Assembly: GCA_964019335.1 (NCBI GenBank)
Contig: OZ025693.1
Span: forward strand, 62,001-126,000
From: Diplonema japonicum
Taxonomy: Eukaryota; Protista; Euglenozoa: Diplonemea
Direction: 5' to 3'
DNA: 64,000 bases
Shown: positions 10,954 through 22,130 of the stretch, one piece after another
Layout: the number at the start of each line of letters is the position of its first letter
Position numbering within the stretch: position 1 is the first letter of the stretch
Notes under the pieces: generated by a model
The model's database searches: none
Told to the model about the DNA's origin: nothing
The model's input: only the letters and a program-made list of their open reading frames with translations
Program-made: the position numbers and the translations under genes

Positions 10954-11553
10954 CTATCTAGCTGCAAGCTTTCTGCTAAAGGCGCCGTAGCACGCCTCGA
11001 TGTCGAACTGTGCCTGGCGTGCCTGGTCGGGGTTCAGTTCCTCCGCCGCTTTCATTTCGTTCACAATTCGCAGCCAGTTCCGGACAGGCTCAAGCTCCAG
11101 AAGGTCCGGGAAGAGCTTCCCCACTGTGGTGACAATATCGATGAGGATGGGCTGCAGGGCGTCCGCAGACACCTGGCCCATCTTCAAGGTGTCCACGAAT
11201 GTGATCATATACTGCCCTGCTTCTAGGATGTCTTGCCCAGAGGACGCTTCCTGTGTGTTCCCTCCAAGGGGGACCCCCTTCTTGATCCTAGCGACGGCCG
11301 TGGGGTACGAACTGCGGTACTCTGCAAGAAACGCAGCCAGCGACCCAATCGACCCTTCCAGCACCTGGTACAGGGACTGGTACTTACTCAGCAGCATCTT
11401 GCATTGCTTTTCGTAGTCACCGGCTGACATGTTGCTCCTCACGTACGCCGTCTCCACCCTCTCGATGGCAACGATGATGCTGTAAAGATCTGCCAATTTA
11501 TCAAAATGTTCCCTCTCTTGGTTGGTCTCGCATAACCGCACACGCTCTGCCAT
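10954..11553 (-). CDS. VPS28: ESCRT-I subunit VPS28 (copy 2)
   Basis: Paralogue of 1842-2441, nearly identical beyond codon ~48. Confidence 0.92.
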   Translation of the reverse strand: MAERVRLCETNQEREHFDKLADLYSIIVAIERVETAYVRSNMSAGDYEKQCKMLLSKYQSLYQVLEGSIGSLAAFLAEYRSSYPTAVARIKKGVPLGGNTQEASSGQDILEAGQYMITFVDTLKMGQVSADALQPILIDIVTTVGKLFPDLLELEPVRNWLRIVNEMKAAEELNPDQARQAQFDIEACYGAFSRKLAAR

Positions 11554-11783
11554 TATTATTTATTTTCTCTCTTTTTTTTTATTTACTTGTGTCTGCATTG
11601 TTTGGCATTTGAGTTTTAAAAAATTGGGAAAATCAAGGGAAAAAAAAAAAACGAACGTCAGATCTCTTTCTTTTCGCTACAGGAAGGTTTCCCACACGAA
11701 TATAAAAAAAAAAAAAAAAGAAAAACATATAAAAAAGAGGAAAAGGCCTACCGAGGGCTTTCGTGTATGTAGGCCCCACGTGC

Positions 11784-14393
11784 TCACTGCAGTGAGGAGA
11801 GGGATTTAATTTGAAGCGAATTGGCCAGATCAGACAAAGTGACCGCTTCCGCTTTCTGGGGAGTAAAGGTGAGGGAAAGGTCCCCCATGGTGGGAAGGTA
11901 GATGAAACCGTTGTCAGAGAAGGTACCCAGTGGGGACGGCTTTTGCAGGCGCGCGTTCTTGCCGGTGGAAAGCCACAAGAACGGAGCAGGACGAGAACCT
12001 GTAATCGTGATTTTGAAGGGACCGGCACCCGTGACAGACACAATGCGAAGTCCTGGGTCGACTAGATGCTTAGCATGTTTGGGGCTTCCAAACAAGTACC
12101 AGTTTTCGGAAAGCACTGTGGCACCGCCATGCAAGGAGTATATGAGGAAGCAGTCAGCGTGACTTTTGCAGGCACTTCCCCCACGTTCCAGCAAGTCATT
12201 CTTGTTCCCCTTCTCCACTTCTGCAGCGTTGTTTGCAGGCACCGACACGTTCACCTCCCAGCTTGCCAAAGGCTGCACGCTGTCCCATGACCATAACTCG
12301 CGTTTCAGCACCGCAGTCTCAGCCTGCAGGTTGTCGGACACCACCACTACGCCGTATGTGTCCCCCGTCACGTACATCGACACCAGAACAGGTGTGAAGA
12401 ACCTCTTTGCGTAGTAGTGCAGCATCTTCCATCTTCCCCCGTATTCAATGCTTGTCCACGATACAGTGGGCCATATGTCGTTCCCCTGCCAGTACAATGC
12501 CCCCATGGTGTTGGCCTTCGTGGTGTCCTTGTTACGGAGATACACTTCTGTTTGTGTCTTAACGCACATGGCTTGTTGGATCTGCGTCATGAGCAGCTGA
12601 TCGGGATATGTCTCAGGCCAGTTGAAGTGCTTCTCCGCTTGGAGCTTCATGATGTTGTTGCCGTCTTTAAGCGACGCGTCGATGGGGACGAGGTGCTGTC
12701 TGTGCTGCATCCAGCTGCTGTTCCACGTCCAGTCCTCAGCAGATGTGACAAGGGCTATCTCTTCAAAGCTGGAGTAGCTCTGGACACCGTATTCAGATGC
12801 GAAGCGTGGGTTGGGGTACGTGGTGACGTCCCAGCAGTCGGAGGCGTACTCGTAGTGGTGGATGTCACCGTTAGTGAAATTGTACCACATGTTCTGCACA
12901 GGGTTGTCCCTTGTCTCGTCACCATTGCTGGGCGACGAGATGACATGTGGCCGTGTGGTGTCCAGCAGCGCCACGTTGTCGAAGACAGTGTCGAAGTACA
13001 GCGACACATAGTCATCGATGTAGAACTGGCTGTCCGTGGTGCCGTACCATTCGTACAGCAGTGCCGCCTCGTTCTCATTGTTGCCGCTCCACACCGCGAT
13101 GGACGCGTGGTGCTGCAGCCTGTTCACCTGGTCGAACACCTCTTGCTTTATATTCGCCATGAATGCCGCGTCTGTAGGGTACATGCTGCAAGCGAACATG
13201 AACTCCTGCCAAATGAGGATACCCCTCTCGTCGGCGATGTCATAGAACTCATCTTTCATGTACACCCCACCGCCCCATACACGTAGGGTGTTGAAGTTCG
13301 CTGCTGTGTACGAGTCGAAGAGGTCGGTGAGGACGTCTGTCGTGACACGCGACTCGAAGGAGTCGGATGGGATCCAATTCGTTCCCTTCATGAATATCGG
13401 GACCCCGTTTACCTTGTAGTAGAAGGTACGCCCCTGCTGCCCTTCGATCTCGTCCTGGACAAGCTTCACTGTTTTGAAACCCACTCTCTTGCTCAGCTTG
13501 CCCACACTCACCGTGTACAGCACTGCCTCGCCGTACCCCCTGGGGTACCACATCTTGATGTCCAGCGCGGAGCAGTACAGTGTGCCTGCCACTTCCTTTC
13601 CGCCTGGCGTGACGTGCAGTGTGCTCGATGTCAGTACCTTCCCATTGCTATCCTTAAGCGTCACCAGCAGCGAGGCAGGGTCAGGCGCAACGCTCTGCAG
13701 CCCCACTACAACAGGAAGGTCCCACGAACCGTTCTCGTGTCTCACAGCATTCGCCCTAATGTACGACGGCACTGTGGCATCGACAGTGTGGATAGCAATG
13801 GGGAGGTGGATGCCCTGCGTGGGAAAGGAGGGCCCCCAGTCCCAGGAGAAGGAGCACTGCTCTTTGCGAATGAAGTTAACGTGGCATTCACCGTGCCACT
13901 CAGGAGGGCGGCATGAAGGAGGGACACCAGCAGGGGTAGGCTTGGGGTAAGTGAGGTTCTGATGCAGTGCGTAGGTGACCGGGGACCTGAAGAAAACGGT
14001 GATACTGTTGTTGTGCGCGAGGAGGGAGGGGGCGAGGGGGACCACCCAGCGGCGGAACATATTGTCTGCAGACAGCACGTGCACGTTGTTGATGTGCACA
14101 TCGCAGACGGTGTCGAGGCCCTCTGCAACAAGTAGAGCACTCGCCCCAAGGCCATTCTCCAGAGTAAAGCTCCTCTCATACGTCCAGTCGTCCCTCCCTA
14201 CCCATTTGTACTCATCGTCGTTGAACCTGTAGTACGGATCTCCTATCACACCCGCCCGCATCAGGTCAGTGTACACATCCCCCGGTACCACACCCGGCAC
14301 TCTTATGCTCTTGTTCAAATTGCTCACTGTCCACTCACCGCTGAGGTCCACCAGCACGCTCGCCAGCACGCAGCCTTGCACCAACGCTAGCAT
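11784..14393 (-). CDS. MANBA: Beta-mannosidase (GH2) with signal peptide
   Basis: RKEQCSFSWDWGP, KGTNWIP, LRVWGGGVY, WSGNNENE, FASEYG and GALYWQGNDIWP motifs; likely start MLALVQG at 14393. Confidence 0.93.
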   Translation of the reverse strand: MLALVQGCVLASVLVDLSGEWTVSNLNKSIRVPGVVPGDVYTDLMRAGVIGDPYYRFNDDEYKWVGRDDWTYERSFTLENGLGASALLVAEGLDTVCDVHINNVHVLSADNMFRRWVVPLAPSLLAHNNSITVFFRSPVTYALHQNLTYPKPTPAGVPPSCRPPEWHGECHVNFIRKEQCSFSWDWGPSFPTQGIHLPIAIHTVDATVPSYIRANAVRHENGSWDLPVVVGLQSVAPDPASLLVTLKDSNGKVLTSSTLHVTPGGKEVAGTLYCSALDIKMWYPRGYGEAVLYTVSVGKLSKRVGFKTVKLVQDEIEGQQGRTFYYKVNGVPIFMKGTNWIPSDSFESRVTTDVLTDLFDSYTAANFNTLRVWGGGVYMKDEFYDIADERGILIWQEFMFACSMYPTDAAFMANIKQEVFDQVNRLQHHASIAVWSGNNENEAALLYEWYGTTDSQFYIDDYVSLYFDTVFDNVALLDTTRPHVISSPSNGDETRDNPVQNMWYNFTNGDIHHYEYASDCWDVTTYPNPRFASEYGVQSYSSFEEIALVTSAEDWTWNSSWMQHRQHLVPIDASLKDGNNIMKLQAEKHFNWPETYPDQLLMTQIQQAMCVKTQTEVYLRNKDTTKANTMGALYWQGNDIWPTVSWTSIEYGGRWKMLHYYAKRFFTPVLVSMYVTGDTYGVVVVSDNLQAETAVLKRELWSWDSVQPLASWEVNVSVPANNAAEVEKGNKNDLLERGGSACKSHADCFLIYSLHGGATVLSENWYLFGSPKHAKHLVDPGLRIVSVTGAGPFKITITGSRPAPFLWLSTGKNARLQKPSPLGTFSDNGFIYLPTMGDLSLTFTPQKAEAVTLSDLANSLQIKSLSSLQ

Positions 14394-14639
14394 GCTCAAC
14401 AACCCTCCTGTGTAGTCGATTATGCAATAAAAGTACGAAAAAAAAAAAAAAAACGAAACACTACTTGGATAGAGGAAAAAAAAGAAAACACTTCCTGATA
14501 CAGTTTTTTTTTTTTCTTTTTTAGATTTCTTTTTTCCTTTTATGTTCACTCTCTCTCTTTTTTTTTTTTTTTTTATAGCTATTTCAACTTTTAAGAAAGA
14601 AGAAAAAGTAGGTGAGGGGGGGGGGGGGGAATCCCTAGT

Positions 14640-16127
14640 TTAGAGCATCCTAACGCCGCTAGTGCGGGGCTGCTTCGGAACAGGCTGAGGGAAGTGCTGA
14701 GGTGCGTTGGTCGGGTAGCGTGGGGGGATGGGGGCGTTTATGTGGTAGTCGGGAACCTTGGGGGTGTATGTAAGTTGCTGCTGAGTTGCTTGGCGTGCGG
14801 CGGCGAGGATGGCCATATCCTGGGTCTCACGGGGACGCTTCCGGGTCATCTTGGGCTTGTAAGTGGAGGCGATCGTGCCGTCCATGATCCCTTCGATCTG
14901 CTTAAGGATCTTCTCACGAAGGACAGCACCCCTGCTGCCGTCAGATGCGTATCGTGTCGCGTCTACACGTGCTGCGAGAATGACCTTGTTTGCCACCATC
15001 TTCAGTGCTCTGTCTTTGAAGTCTGGTTCTTGACTCCTCACGATGTCAGTGTTCAACAGGAAGGCACCGTGGTACAATGACGCTTCGGCCTTCTCATGCT
15101 CTCTGTTCCTCTTCGTGCGCCCCAAATGCATGATGTGCTCCGCAGGGAGCTTCGTCAAGTTGTCAAGCCCACCCACAATACCGATCATCTGAGCCGCTAT
15201 GGCTGTGCCGATCTGGAAGGAAAAATATAAATACATATATGATGGGGAAGGGAGGTCCATACGATTGCAGAGACGTTCGGGGCGAGGTGGTTCATTCTCA
15301 GCTGAGTGTACTCCAGGACGAATTGTTTTGCGAGCTCCAAGGACATCATTTCGTCACAAGCTTCCAGGATGTATCTGTTTTTTTTTTTTTTTTTTTATTA
15401 AATTATTATTTTCCCCATACCTTTTCTCATTAGGGGACGGGTTTTCCACGGGTTTGCAGGTGCTTCTCGTCACGATGATCTTGACGATGTTGTTGGAATT
15501 GTGGCCAGCTTCGCGAAGACCATCGACGAAGCCTTCGAGATCGAACCCGAAATCGACGACCTTGACAGCACGCGCGTACTGGGAGTTTGTTTCTTCTTCT
15601 TTTTTCTTTTCTTGGCAATACCTGGAGGGGCTCGACCACAAGCTGCTCAAGCTCCGGATAATATTTCTTGTACTTCCCTCTGATAAATCTGTGGACCTTC
15701 CCGATTTCGACCTGGAGCTCCACACAGGACTTCATGGCCTGGTGGATGAGGTCGTACTCTGGGTCCTCGCGCGTGATGGCGTCCTTAATCACAGCATTAG
15801 GAGCGGTAATCCTTTCTATATCCTTGTGTGTTTGAGTTTTTCTTTTTTTTTTCTTCCCCCCAAACATACCGCAAGCATTTTTTGAAACTGTTGGGATCTC
15901 GATATTGTGGTAACATCCTTCACGGTGGTGTAGTTGTCAACATTATCATCAGTCTCCGTGGCTATCATATCAGCCGATGTACCAATGTGCCCGTCCTCCT
16001 CGTTGACTTCCTCATAGATGTCGTCGAAGACATCCGCGTCCAAGATTGCAGCCATTTCCTTCCGTGTCTCTTTGCTGTAGTTCCCCATGGCGCCCGGCCC
16101 TGCGGGCTTATGTGTCACCAGCGCCAT
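14640..16127 (-). CDS. PRP31: U4/U6 snRNP protein PRP31 (Nop domain), 5 exons
   Basis: Introns 15823-15869, 15579-15621, 15375-15420 and 15213-15262 restore DPEYDLI, HRFIRGKYKKYYPELEQLV, APNVSAI|IGTAIAAQMIGIVGGLDNLTKLPA and KVILAARVDA. Confidence 0.88.
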
Positions 16128-16214
16128 CTTTTTTTTTTTTTTTTTTTTTTTTTTTCCCTGGATGAAAAAAAAAAGGGTTTTTTAAAAATATAATGGAGGG
16201 AGAAAAAAAAACTT

Positions 16215-16790
16215 TCAAACATGTGCTTTTCTCAGCATTTCTTTGACTTTTAACAAAATTGCGTTTTCGACGACCACCCTGCCGCTCGCCTCCTCGCTGC
16301 ACAGGCTTTTTAACGCGCGTTCCTTCTTTTCGATGTTCCGGAGCCCCTCCTCTTGGTAGTGGTTCAGGATGTAGTCGATTTCAAGCTCCCGTCGGATGGC
16401 GATTTTAGCCCGTTCGGATGTTTCGTTGGAAGATTCGCAAAAAGCGGCTTGTTGGCGGAGGTAGTGCTGGATGAGAGCTTCTCTGAGGCATGCGTGTCTC
16501 TGTGACAGCTTCTTGTGCATGATGCACCTTGTGTCTTCGATATCCATTCTGGCCCACCATTCACTGTCTCCCAGTCTTAGCCGCTCCAAGGCTTGCTTCG
16601 GGGTCGTTGCCAGCTTCTCCTTCATGATCGCCCTCTCCTTCATCTCTTCCCGTTGTATGGTCTCCCGTGCCTGCACAACCTCCCCTACAACTACAACGTA
16701 CCACCCGACACCCCTCTCTGTTATGCTCGGGTTTATCACCGCTGCGAGACGGACTCGTTCCATCAGCTTCCGAATGCCTTCAAGCTCCAT
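16215..16790 (-). CDS. Hypothetical coiled-coil protein
   Basis: 191-aa E/R/K-rich ORF with ATG after an A-run. Confidence 0.65.
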   Translation of the reverse strand: MELEGIRKLMERVRLAAVINPSITERGVGWYVVVVGEVVQARETIQREEMKERAIMKEKLATTPKQALERLRLGDSEWWARMDIEDTRCIMHKKLSQRHACLREALIQHYLRQQAAFCESSNETSERAKIAIRRELEIDYILNHYQEEGLRNIEKKERALKSLCSEEASGRVVVENAILLKVKEMLRKAHV

Positions 16791-16942
16791 TTCTTTTTTT
16801 TCTCTCCCTCCCGGTGTAAATGCTCTCTTTCTTTTAAAGATATCCCTAGGAAGGAAAAAAAAGGGGGGGGCAGTAAAAATTCTTTAAAAAATCACACTTT
16901 CTTCTTTTTTTTTTCCCTTTACCTTTCCCCTCTTGCCCTTTT

Positions 16943-17769
16943 TCAATTTTTATGAGCTATTAAGAAATGATAGGCCAGGCCTGCGATGTAGGCAAGGATC
17001 ATGCTGGCGGTGCCGACGCAGACATGGCGTCTAACCGAGACGTCAACAGGCGTGGAGGTGAAGCGAGAAACGATTACACCAACGAAAGTAAGTGCAGACA
17101 AGGAGAGGAGCAGCGAGAGGAGGAATCTGGTGGGAGGAGAGAAGTAGAGAAGCCAGGGGAGCAAAGGTATGAAACCGCCTACCAAGAACCAGCAGAAGCT
17201 CATGATGGCACCGACGGTGGGATCCTCGTTAGCTCTGTCGGGGTCCAGCCCGAGTTCGAACTGCGCATGAAGACGCAGCTGAGTCTCCCTCCGCCGTTCG
17301 GTGGGCTGGTTGTTCACATCTTTCTCTATCGCGTCTAATGTAGTTTGGGAAAACCCGAGCTTTTTCATGAGCTCCACAAAATGCTCTTTCTCTTCTTCGG
17401 GGTACTGGTCCAAATGCTGTTCCTCCCTGTCAAGTTCTTCTGTCTCGCACTCTGCTTGTAACGACATAGATACCCAGTCCCCTGCCGCCATGGAGGATGC
17501 GCCAGCAAGCATCCCTACGAAACCTCCTACTAACTGGGTTGGAAAAAAAAAAAAAAAAAGATCTTTTTCGTTTTATAAAGCCTTTTACATACTACATGTG
17601 TCGGGTTGAAAGCCGTCGCGGCAGCGATCCCTGCAATAACGCACGAGTTACTTGTGAGGCCGTCGTTCAGAGAGAACACTGCCGAACGAAGGCTCCCGTT
17701 GCCCATGTCGCCATGGTCATCGTGGAACTGGGTTTGCTTCAGCCCGGTATTGGGCGGGGGATGCGTCAT
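16943..17769 (-). CDS. VIT1/CCC1 family vacuolar iron/manganese transporter, 2 exons
   Basis: LRSAVFSLNDGLTSN, then intron 17534-17592, then GMLAGASSMAAGDWVS and SFCWFLVGGFIPLLPW. Confidence 0.9.
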
Positions 17770-17858
17770 TTTCTTTTCTTTTTTTCTTACCTCTTCAGAT
17801 AGTTACGCGGTGGATGTCAAGGTTCAACAGGAAAAGGATAATAAAGAGAACTGTTTTT

Positions 17859-18230
17859 TTACTGGTCTGCTTCCTCATCTGTCCCCACCATCTTCATGCG
17901 TCGTCCGCCACTAAGTTCTTCATAAGAAGGCACTTTAGACGCAATAACGGAACCACACATGGCACCACATCCACCGCTCAGCACCACAGCCTCCACTGCG
18001 GGAACCCCAGACGCAGCAGATGCACACCCCACAGGTCCGCCTACACAGCCGCCGCACAGTGCTCCCCATTTGCCCCCTTCCGGTGCTCTGTACCAAAATT
18101 CTTCTTTTTTGTTCCCGCCACCCCACAACACTTCCAACCCCAGCACGCCCACTGCCATTAGCGCACCGCCTGCTCCGCCGCTCAGCACGCCAGCACCTGT
18201 GCACACCAAGGCAGCGCCCCATACCACCAT
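17859..18230 (-). CDS. Small glycine-rich membrane protein (may contain a short intron)
   Basis: Hydrophobic Gly/Ala/Cys-rich ORF in cluster orientation. Confidence 0.5.
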   Translation of the reverse strand: MVVWGAALVCTGAGVLSGGAGGALMAVGVLGLEVLWGGGNKKEEFWYRAPEGGKWGALCGGCVGGPVGCASAASGVPAVEAVVLSGGCGAMCGSVIASKVPSYEELSGGRRMKMVGTDEEADQ

Positions 18231-18321
18231 ATTAAGTGTAAGCTACGATATGTGAACTGCGGTATCCATCCGGAGTTCAAGCACTTTAATAATACGGGTT
18301 TAAAGGGTCATGGGGTCACCG

Positions 18322-19344
18322 TCACGCCCCGCTCAAGTACTTGTCAGACATCTCCATGATCTTCTGTCTGATGGTCGTCCTAGCACTTTGAGGGCGCGTG
18401 GAATGCGGTGGACGCGGGGCGTGTTCATGCTTGAGGGCCTCATGGGCACCGAACTCAGCTACACCTGTGAGATGGACAACATGAGCACCGCGGTACGTGT
18501 TAGAGTGAGTCGCGGGTTTGGGAGCTGGAGTAGTCGCACGAGGGCGGAGAGGGTGCACGAGTGGCGTGTACTTCTTGACATTGTCGACCCACGCAGCGGT
18601 AGGGTCTGCTGGAGTGGTAGAAACTGACACTGCAGTGTTCTGTGGCGGCGGTGGCGGTGGAGGCGGTTGTTCTTTTTTTTGTTGTTCTTCGTGCTCAGCC
18701 AAACGCTTCTTCCGCTGCTCGATGTCGTATTTGTAATCCTTCCTCAACTCCGTCATCCATGCCACCTCACCCCCACCGTCACAGATGTCCCCTTCGTCGT
18801 AACCTTCACACCACGGCATCGTACGTATCTTTCGTGGCTTGGACAGCCGTTCCATCTTTTCCTGCAAGGTCTCGTTTAGAACCTCCTTCTTACAGAGCGT
18901 TCTTTCTATGTTAGCTGCTGTGTTGCTGTCTACAGTCCCCGAGTCCATCATTTCCTTGAGCTGCTGCTGCACTTGTGGATCCAACCTCGTTGCCTGTGCA
19001 CCATGTGGTTTAGCATGCCGCTTGGCTTGCGCCTTCTTCTCTAATATCCTCCTGACCGCATGTCGTTCCGTCAGTACCCTTTTCAACCGCTGGTCACTCG
19101 CCTTCATCTGTTTCCACTTATCATAAAGTGTACCGTGTTTCTGCCATTCCCACTTTGTCCCGCCCTTTCTTGCCGGACGCCAAGGTGGCGGTGTGGCAGC
19201 GCCTCCATTAGCACTCAATCCTGCAAGCTCCTTAATCGTCTTCAAGAATGCTTTGTTGTGTGGCCTCTCTACCTTTCGGGGTACCTTATCTGGCAAGATA
19301 AGCCTGCTCCCTTCATAGGTCATCACGAGCTGCTGGGCCGCCAT
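18322..19344 (-). CDS. Hypothetical basic/proline-rich protein (340 aa)
   Basis: Long ORF with coding-like composition; no domain recognised. Confidence 0.75.
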   Translation of the reverse strand: MAAQQLVMTYEGSRLILPDKVPRKVERPHNKAFLKTIKELAGLSANGGAATPPPWRPARKGGTKWEWQKHGTLYDKWKQMKASDQRLKRVLTERHAVRRILEKKAQAKRHAKPHGAQATRLDPQVQQQLKEMMDSGTVDSNTAANIERTLCKKEVLNETLQEKMERLSKPRKIRTMPWCEGYDEGDICDGGGEVAWMTELRKDYKYDIEQRKKRLAEHEEQQKKEQPPPPPPPPQNTAVSVSTTPADPTAAWVDNVKKYTPLVHPLRPRATTPAPKPATHSNTYRGAHVVHLTGVAEFGAHEALKHEHAPRPPHSTRPQSARTTIRQKIMEMSDKYLSGA

Positions 19345-19422
19345 CGTGCGACAGTGTAACTGGTAACGTACGGGGAGGGGAGGGGGGGAAAGAAAAAGCG
19401 AGCAAAAAGTGAAAAGAGAATA

Positions 19423-21792
19423 CTACAGCACTTCAATGAGTGGTCTCTTCTGTGATGGATCCTCCTGCGCCATAGGGCCCAGTGTCTCGTCTAACCTCTT
19501 CTGGATAGCCATCACTAGCGAGCCTGCCAACGAGGCGCACGAAGGGTCGTCCTTGCCTTTCTTCCCCCTTGCTACCTCCTCGGCGAAGGAGTACCAAGTC
19601 TGTAGTTTCTGCACGTCGACTGGTGGTGGGAGAGAGAGGACGGCTGCCGTGGCGCAGGCTAGGATGTGGGCTGTGATGAAGGGCAACGGGTGGTCTACGG
19701 CGATCCAAATGAATGACAATATGGCGTCGAGCACGGCTTCTGCATCCCCGAGGCAGTCCTTTAAGAGCTCACTCATGTTCCACAGGAACCGCAGCAGCTC
19801 TGCGAGAACGATGGGGTCGTCTGCCTTGAGGGGGTTGAAATGCTTCCTGTCGGTGGTGCCGATCAGGTTGTACACAAACAGCCCACAATGCTGCTCCAGC
19901 GCATTTGTGTAGGACATGAAGGCAACCTCGCGTGCCTTGTGGCGCCGTGTGGTCTTCGCCTCTAGCCTCTCGGTGATGATCTTTATTGACGAATCGTCCC
20001 TTTGCTCTTTAGGAGGGTACGGCTTACGGAGCCGCACAGCCGCCACACCTGTTAAGCACGCTTCGTTTAGAATTGAGTTTTCCAATGGTTGCTCATTTTC
20101 GTCTGTTGCAGGTAGATGACGGAGCTTGGTGGCGGCTAGGCCAAGAAGCCTGATGCCCTCAATCCTTTGTGCGGTGCCCATGTGCTCGCTCCATATTAGC
20201 CCCACGAGTCGTGGGACATTGAACTTTGGAGACCTTGCCAAGAGGCACACGAGGGACTCTTCCCGCAGCTTGTCGAAGCTGTCCATGTTGAACTCGTTGT
20301 TGAGTGTCAGCAACACTTTGAACAGCTCCGGGCCCACAGCGTCGATCTCTCCTTGTTTCTCCCTCTGAAGCCGCAGCGGCAGCTCCGTCATGACCTTCTC
20401 CATTTCACTGTAGTCCTCCTTCTTCCCGTGCAGCACTTTGAGGGCGTCTTGTAGATACATCGGAATGCTCGTATTGCCCGGGTTTGGCATGGAGTTCAGC
20501 GGTGCGTAGTCAGCTTCCGAGTCGGAGTCCGAACCCCAAAAGTCATCCTTCTCAGCCTCTTCCTCTTTCTCGTCTTCATCACTGTCTCCGAATGCGCAGT
20601 CATCAGCGTGGTCCTGCACAACAAGCTTGGCCTTCTTCATTTTCTTTTTTGTCTCTGCAACTGGGCAGGGCGCTACGAACTCCAAGCTCATCCACTCTTC
20701 GTATGCTTTAGGGTAGTCATCGAAGTCCACAGGCTCCTGTGGGTCCAAGATGATCGACACGCACCTCGCAGCGATGCACGCCATCTTTCTGTGCGATGGG
20801 ATCGGCGACGCCAGCCTCGAGCTCACGCCCTGCAGGGTGGGCCCCAGCAGCCTGTGCTCCTTGCTCTGCAAAACGTCTTGCGGCGTCCTCTCCAACAGGT
20901 ACACGGCGGCATGGCACAAGCTGTCAGGGGAGTGCTGCAAATTCCTCGAGTCACCGAATTTTGTAAGGACTCTCAATCGCACTTCTCTCGCCACACCTGT
21001 CATGGGAGCAGCCTTCTTGCCCTTTGGGACGCCGCACAATGGGTAGATGAGGGCCTGTACCATCTCGCGGGATAGTTTTCCGCTGTATAGGAGCTTCGCG
21101 ATGCTGTTTGTGATAGGTGCGACGGGTGCCTGAAGGGGGTCAGCTTCCGCGCTTTGAACGGCATGCTTGATACACGGTGCAGAGGAGGAGCCCAGTCTCG
21201 CGAGGTCTAGGAGGGCAGCGTCGGCGGTAGCGGCGTCGAGGTGGTTGTACAGCGAACCGAAGAGTGAGGGCTTTGCTGCAGCGTAGCTTGCGAAGTGGTG
21301 GAGGCAGCTGCGGAGACGCAAGAGAGCAAGAACAGCAGCGGCGGCGGTGTGGTCGGCAGTGGAGAGGAGGGGCTTGGCGATCCGGCTGGTCACCAAGGCA
21401 TTCCACGTGTCTTGCGAGAGAAGCACCTTGGGGAGCGAAACAAGCGGTGTTGCACGTTCCTTCACTGTATTGACAGCCTCTTCCGCAGGCCGGAGCAGCA
21501 AGCCGTCGAAGCCCTTTTCCTCTGACACGCTTACAGTCGACCTGGCAAGCCTCAAAGCGTTCACACTCCTGTCGTAGCACCCCAACAGCATCCTGACCAC
21601 ATCCACTGACCCTGTCTTCCCAAGGTCCAGCCCTGCCTCTAAATCATTCTCTACCATATTCACCAGCTGGGTACCTGCGTAGAGGCAGTCCCCTTCTACA
21701 ATGTCCCTCTTCCCGATGCTGTGCGCAATGGTTTCAGCGACATCTTGAGTGCACTTCACATACTCAGATGCGACTGCTACTATGGTCTCCAT
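19423..21792 (-). CDS. TEL2: TTT complex subunit TEL2 (TELO2-like)
   Basis: LQGVSSRLASP...R.MA..AAR..S..LDP, acidic DSD linker, P.YLQDAL..L and LLTLNNEFNMDSFDKLREESLVCLL match the TEL2 pattern. Confidence 0.8.
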   Translation of the reverse strand: METIVAVASEYVKCTQDVAETIAHSIGKRDIVEGDCLYAGTQLVNMVENDLEAGLDLGKTGSVDVVRMLLGCYDRSVNALRLARSTVSVSEEKGFDGLLLRPAEEAVNTVKERATPLVSLPKVLLSQDTWNALVTSRIAKPLLSTADHTAAAAVLALLRLRSCLHHFASYAAAKPSLFGSLYNHLDAATADAALLDLARLGSSSAPCIKHAVQSAEADPLQAPVAPITNSIAKLLYSGKLSREMVQALIYPLCGVPKGKKAAPMTGVAREVRLRVLTKFGDSRNLQHSPDSLCHAAVYLLERTPQDVLQSKEHRLLGPTLQGVSSRLASPIPSHRKMACIAARCVSIILDPQEPVDFDDYPKAYEEWMSLEFVAPCPVAETKKKMKKAKLVVQDHADDCAFGDSDEDEKEEEAEKDDFWGSDSDSEADYAPLNSMPNPGNTSIPMYLQDALKVLHGKKEDYSEMEKVMTELPLRLQREKQGEIDAVGPELFKVLLTLNNEFNMDSFDKLREESLVCLLARSPKFNVPRLVGLIWSEHMGTAQRIEGIRLLGLAATKLRHLPATDENEQPLENSILNEACLTGVAAVRLRKPYPPKEQRDDSSIKIITERLEAKTTRRHKAREVAFMSYTNALEQHCGLFVYNLIGTTDRKHFNPLKADDPIVLAELLRFLWNMSELLKDCLGDAEAVLDAILSFIWIAVDHPLPFITAHILACATAAVLSLPPPVDVQKLQTWYSFAEEVARGKKGKDDPSCASLAGSLVMAIQKRLDETLGPMAQEDPSQKRPLIEVL

Positions 21793-22130
21793 CCCTTTAG
21801 GTTATATGACCCCCCAGGTCTTTTGTTTGTTTTAATACTCGAAAACTTGGAAGAAAAAAAAATATTAACCGTACCAAAAAAAAAAAAAGAAGAAAATAAA
21901 TAAAGGGGGAGGAGGGGGTAGACAACGATAACAGGGACGGAAAGAGTCGTTTAGGGAGGAGAATCGCCTGCGAGTGTGGGAGGGGGGGACTCGATAAAAT
22001 TTCAGTGTGCAGGGGGAGGGGTGCTCACTATTCAAAAAAAAAAAAAAAAAAAAAAGCGGGTGTAAAACTTTCTTTTTTTAAAAAAGAAAGAGTCAAAAAA
22101 AAGCTAAGGAATTAGGCAGGTATATATATA

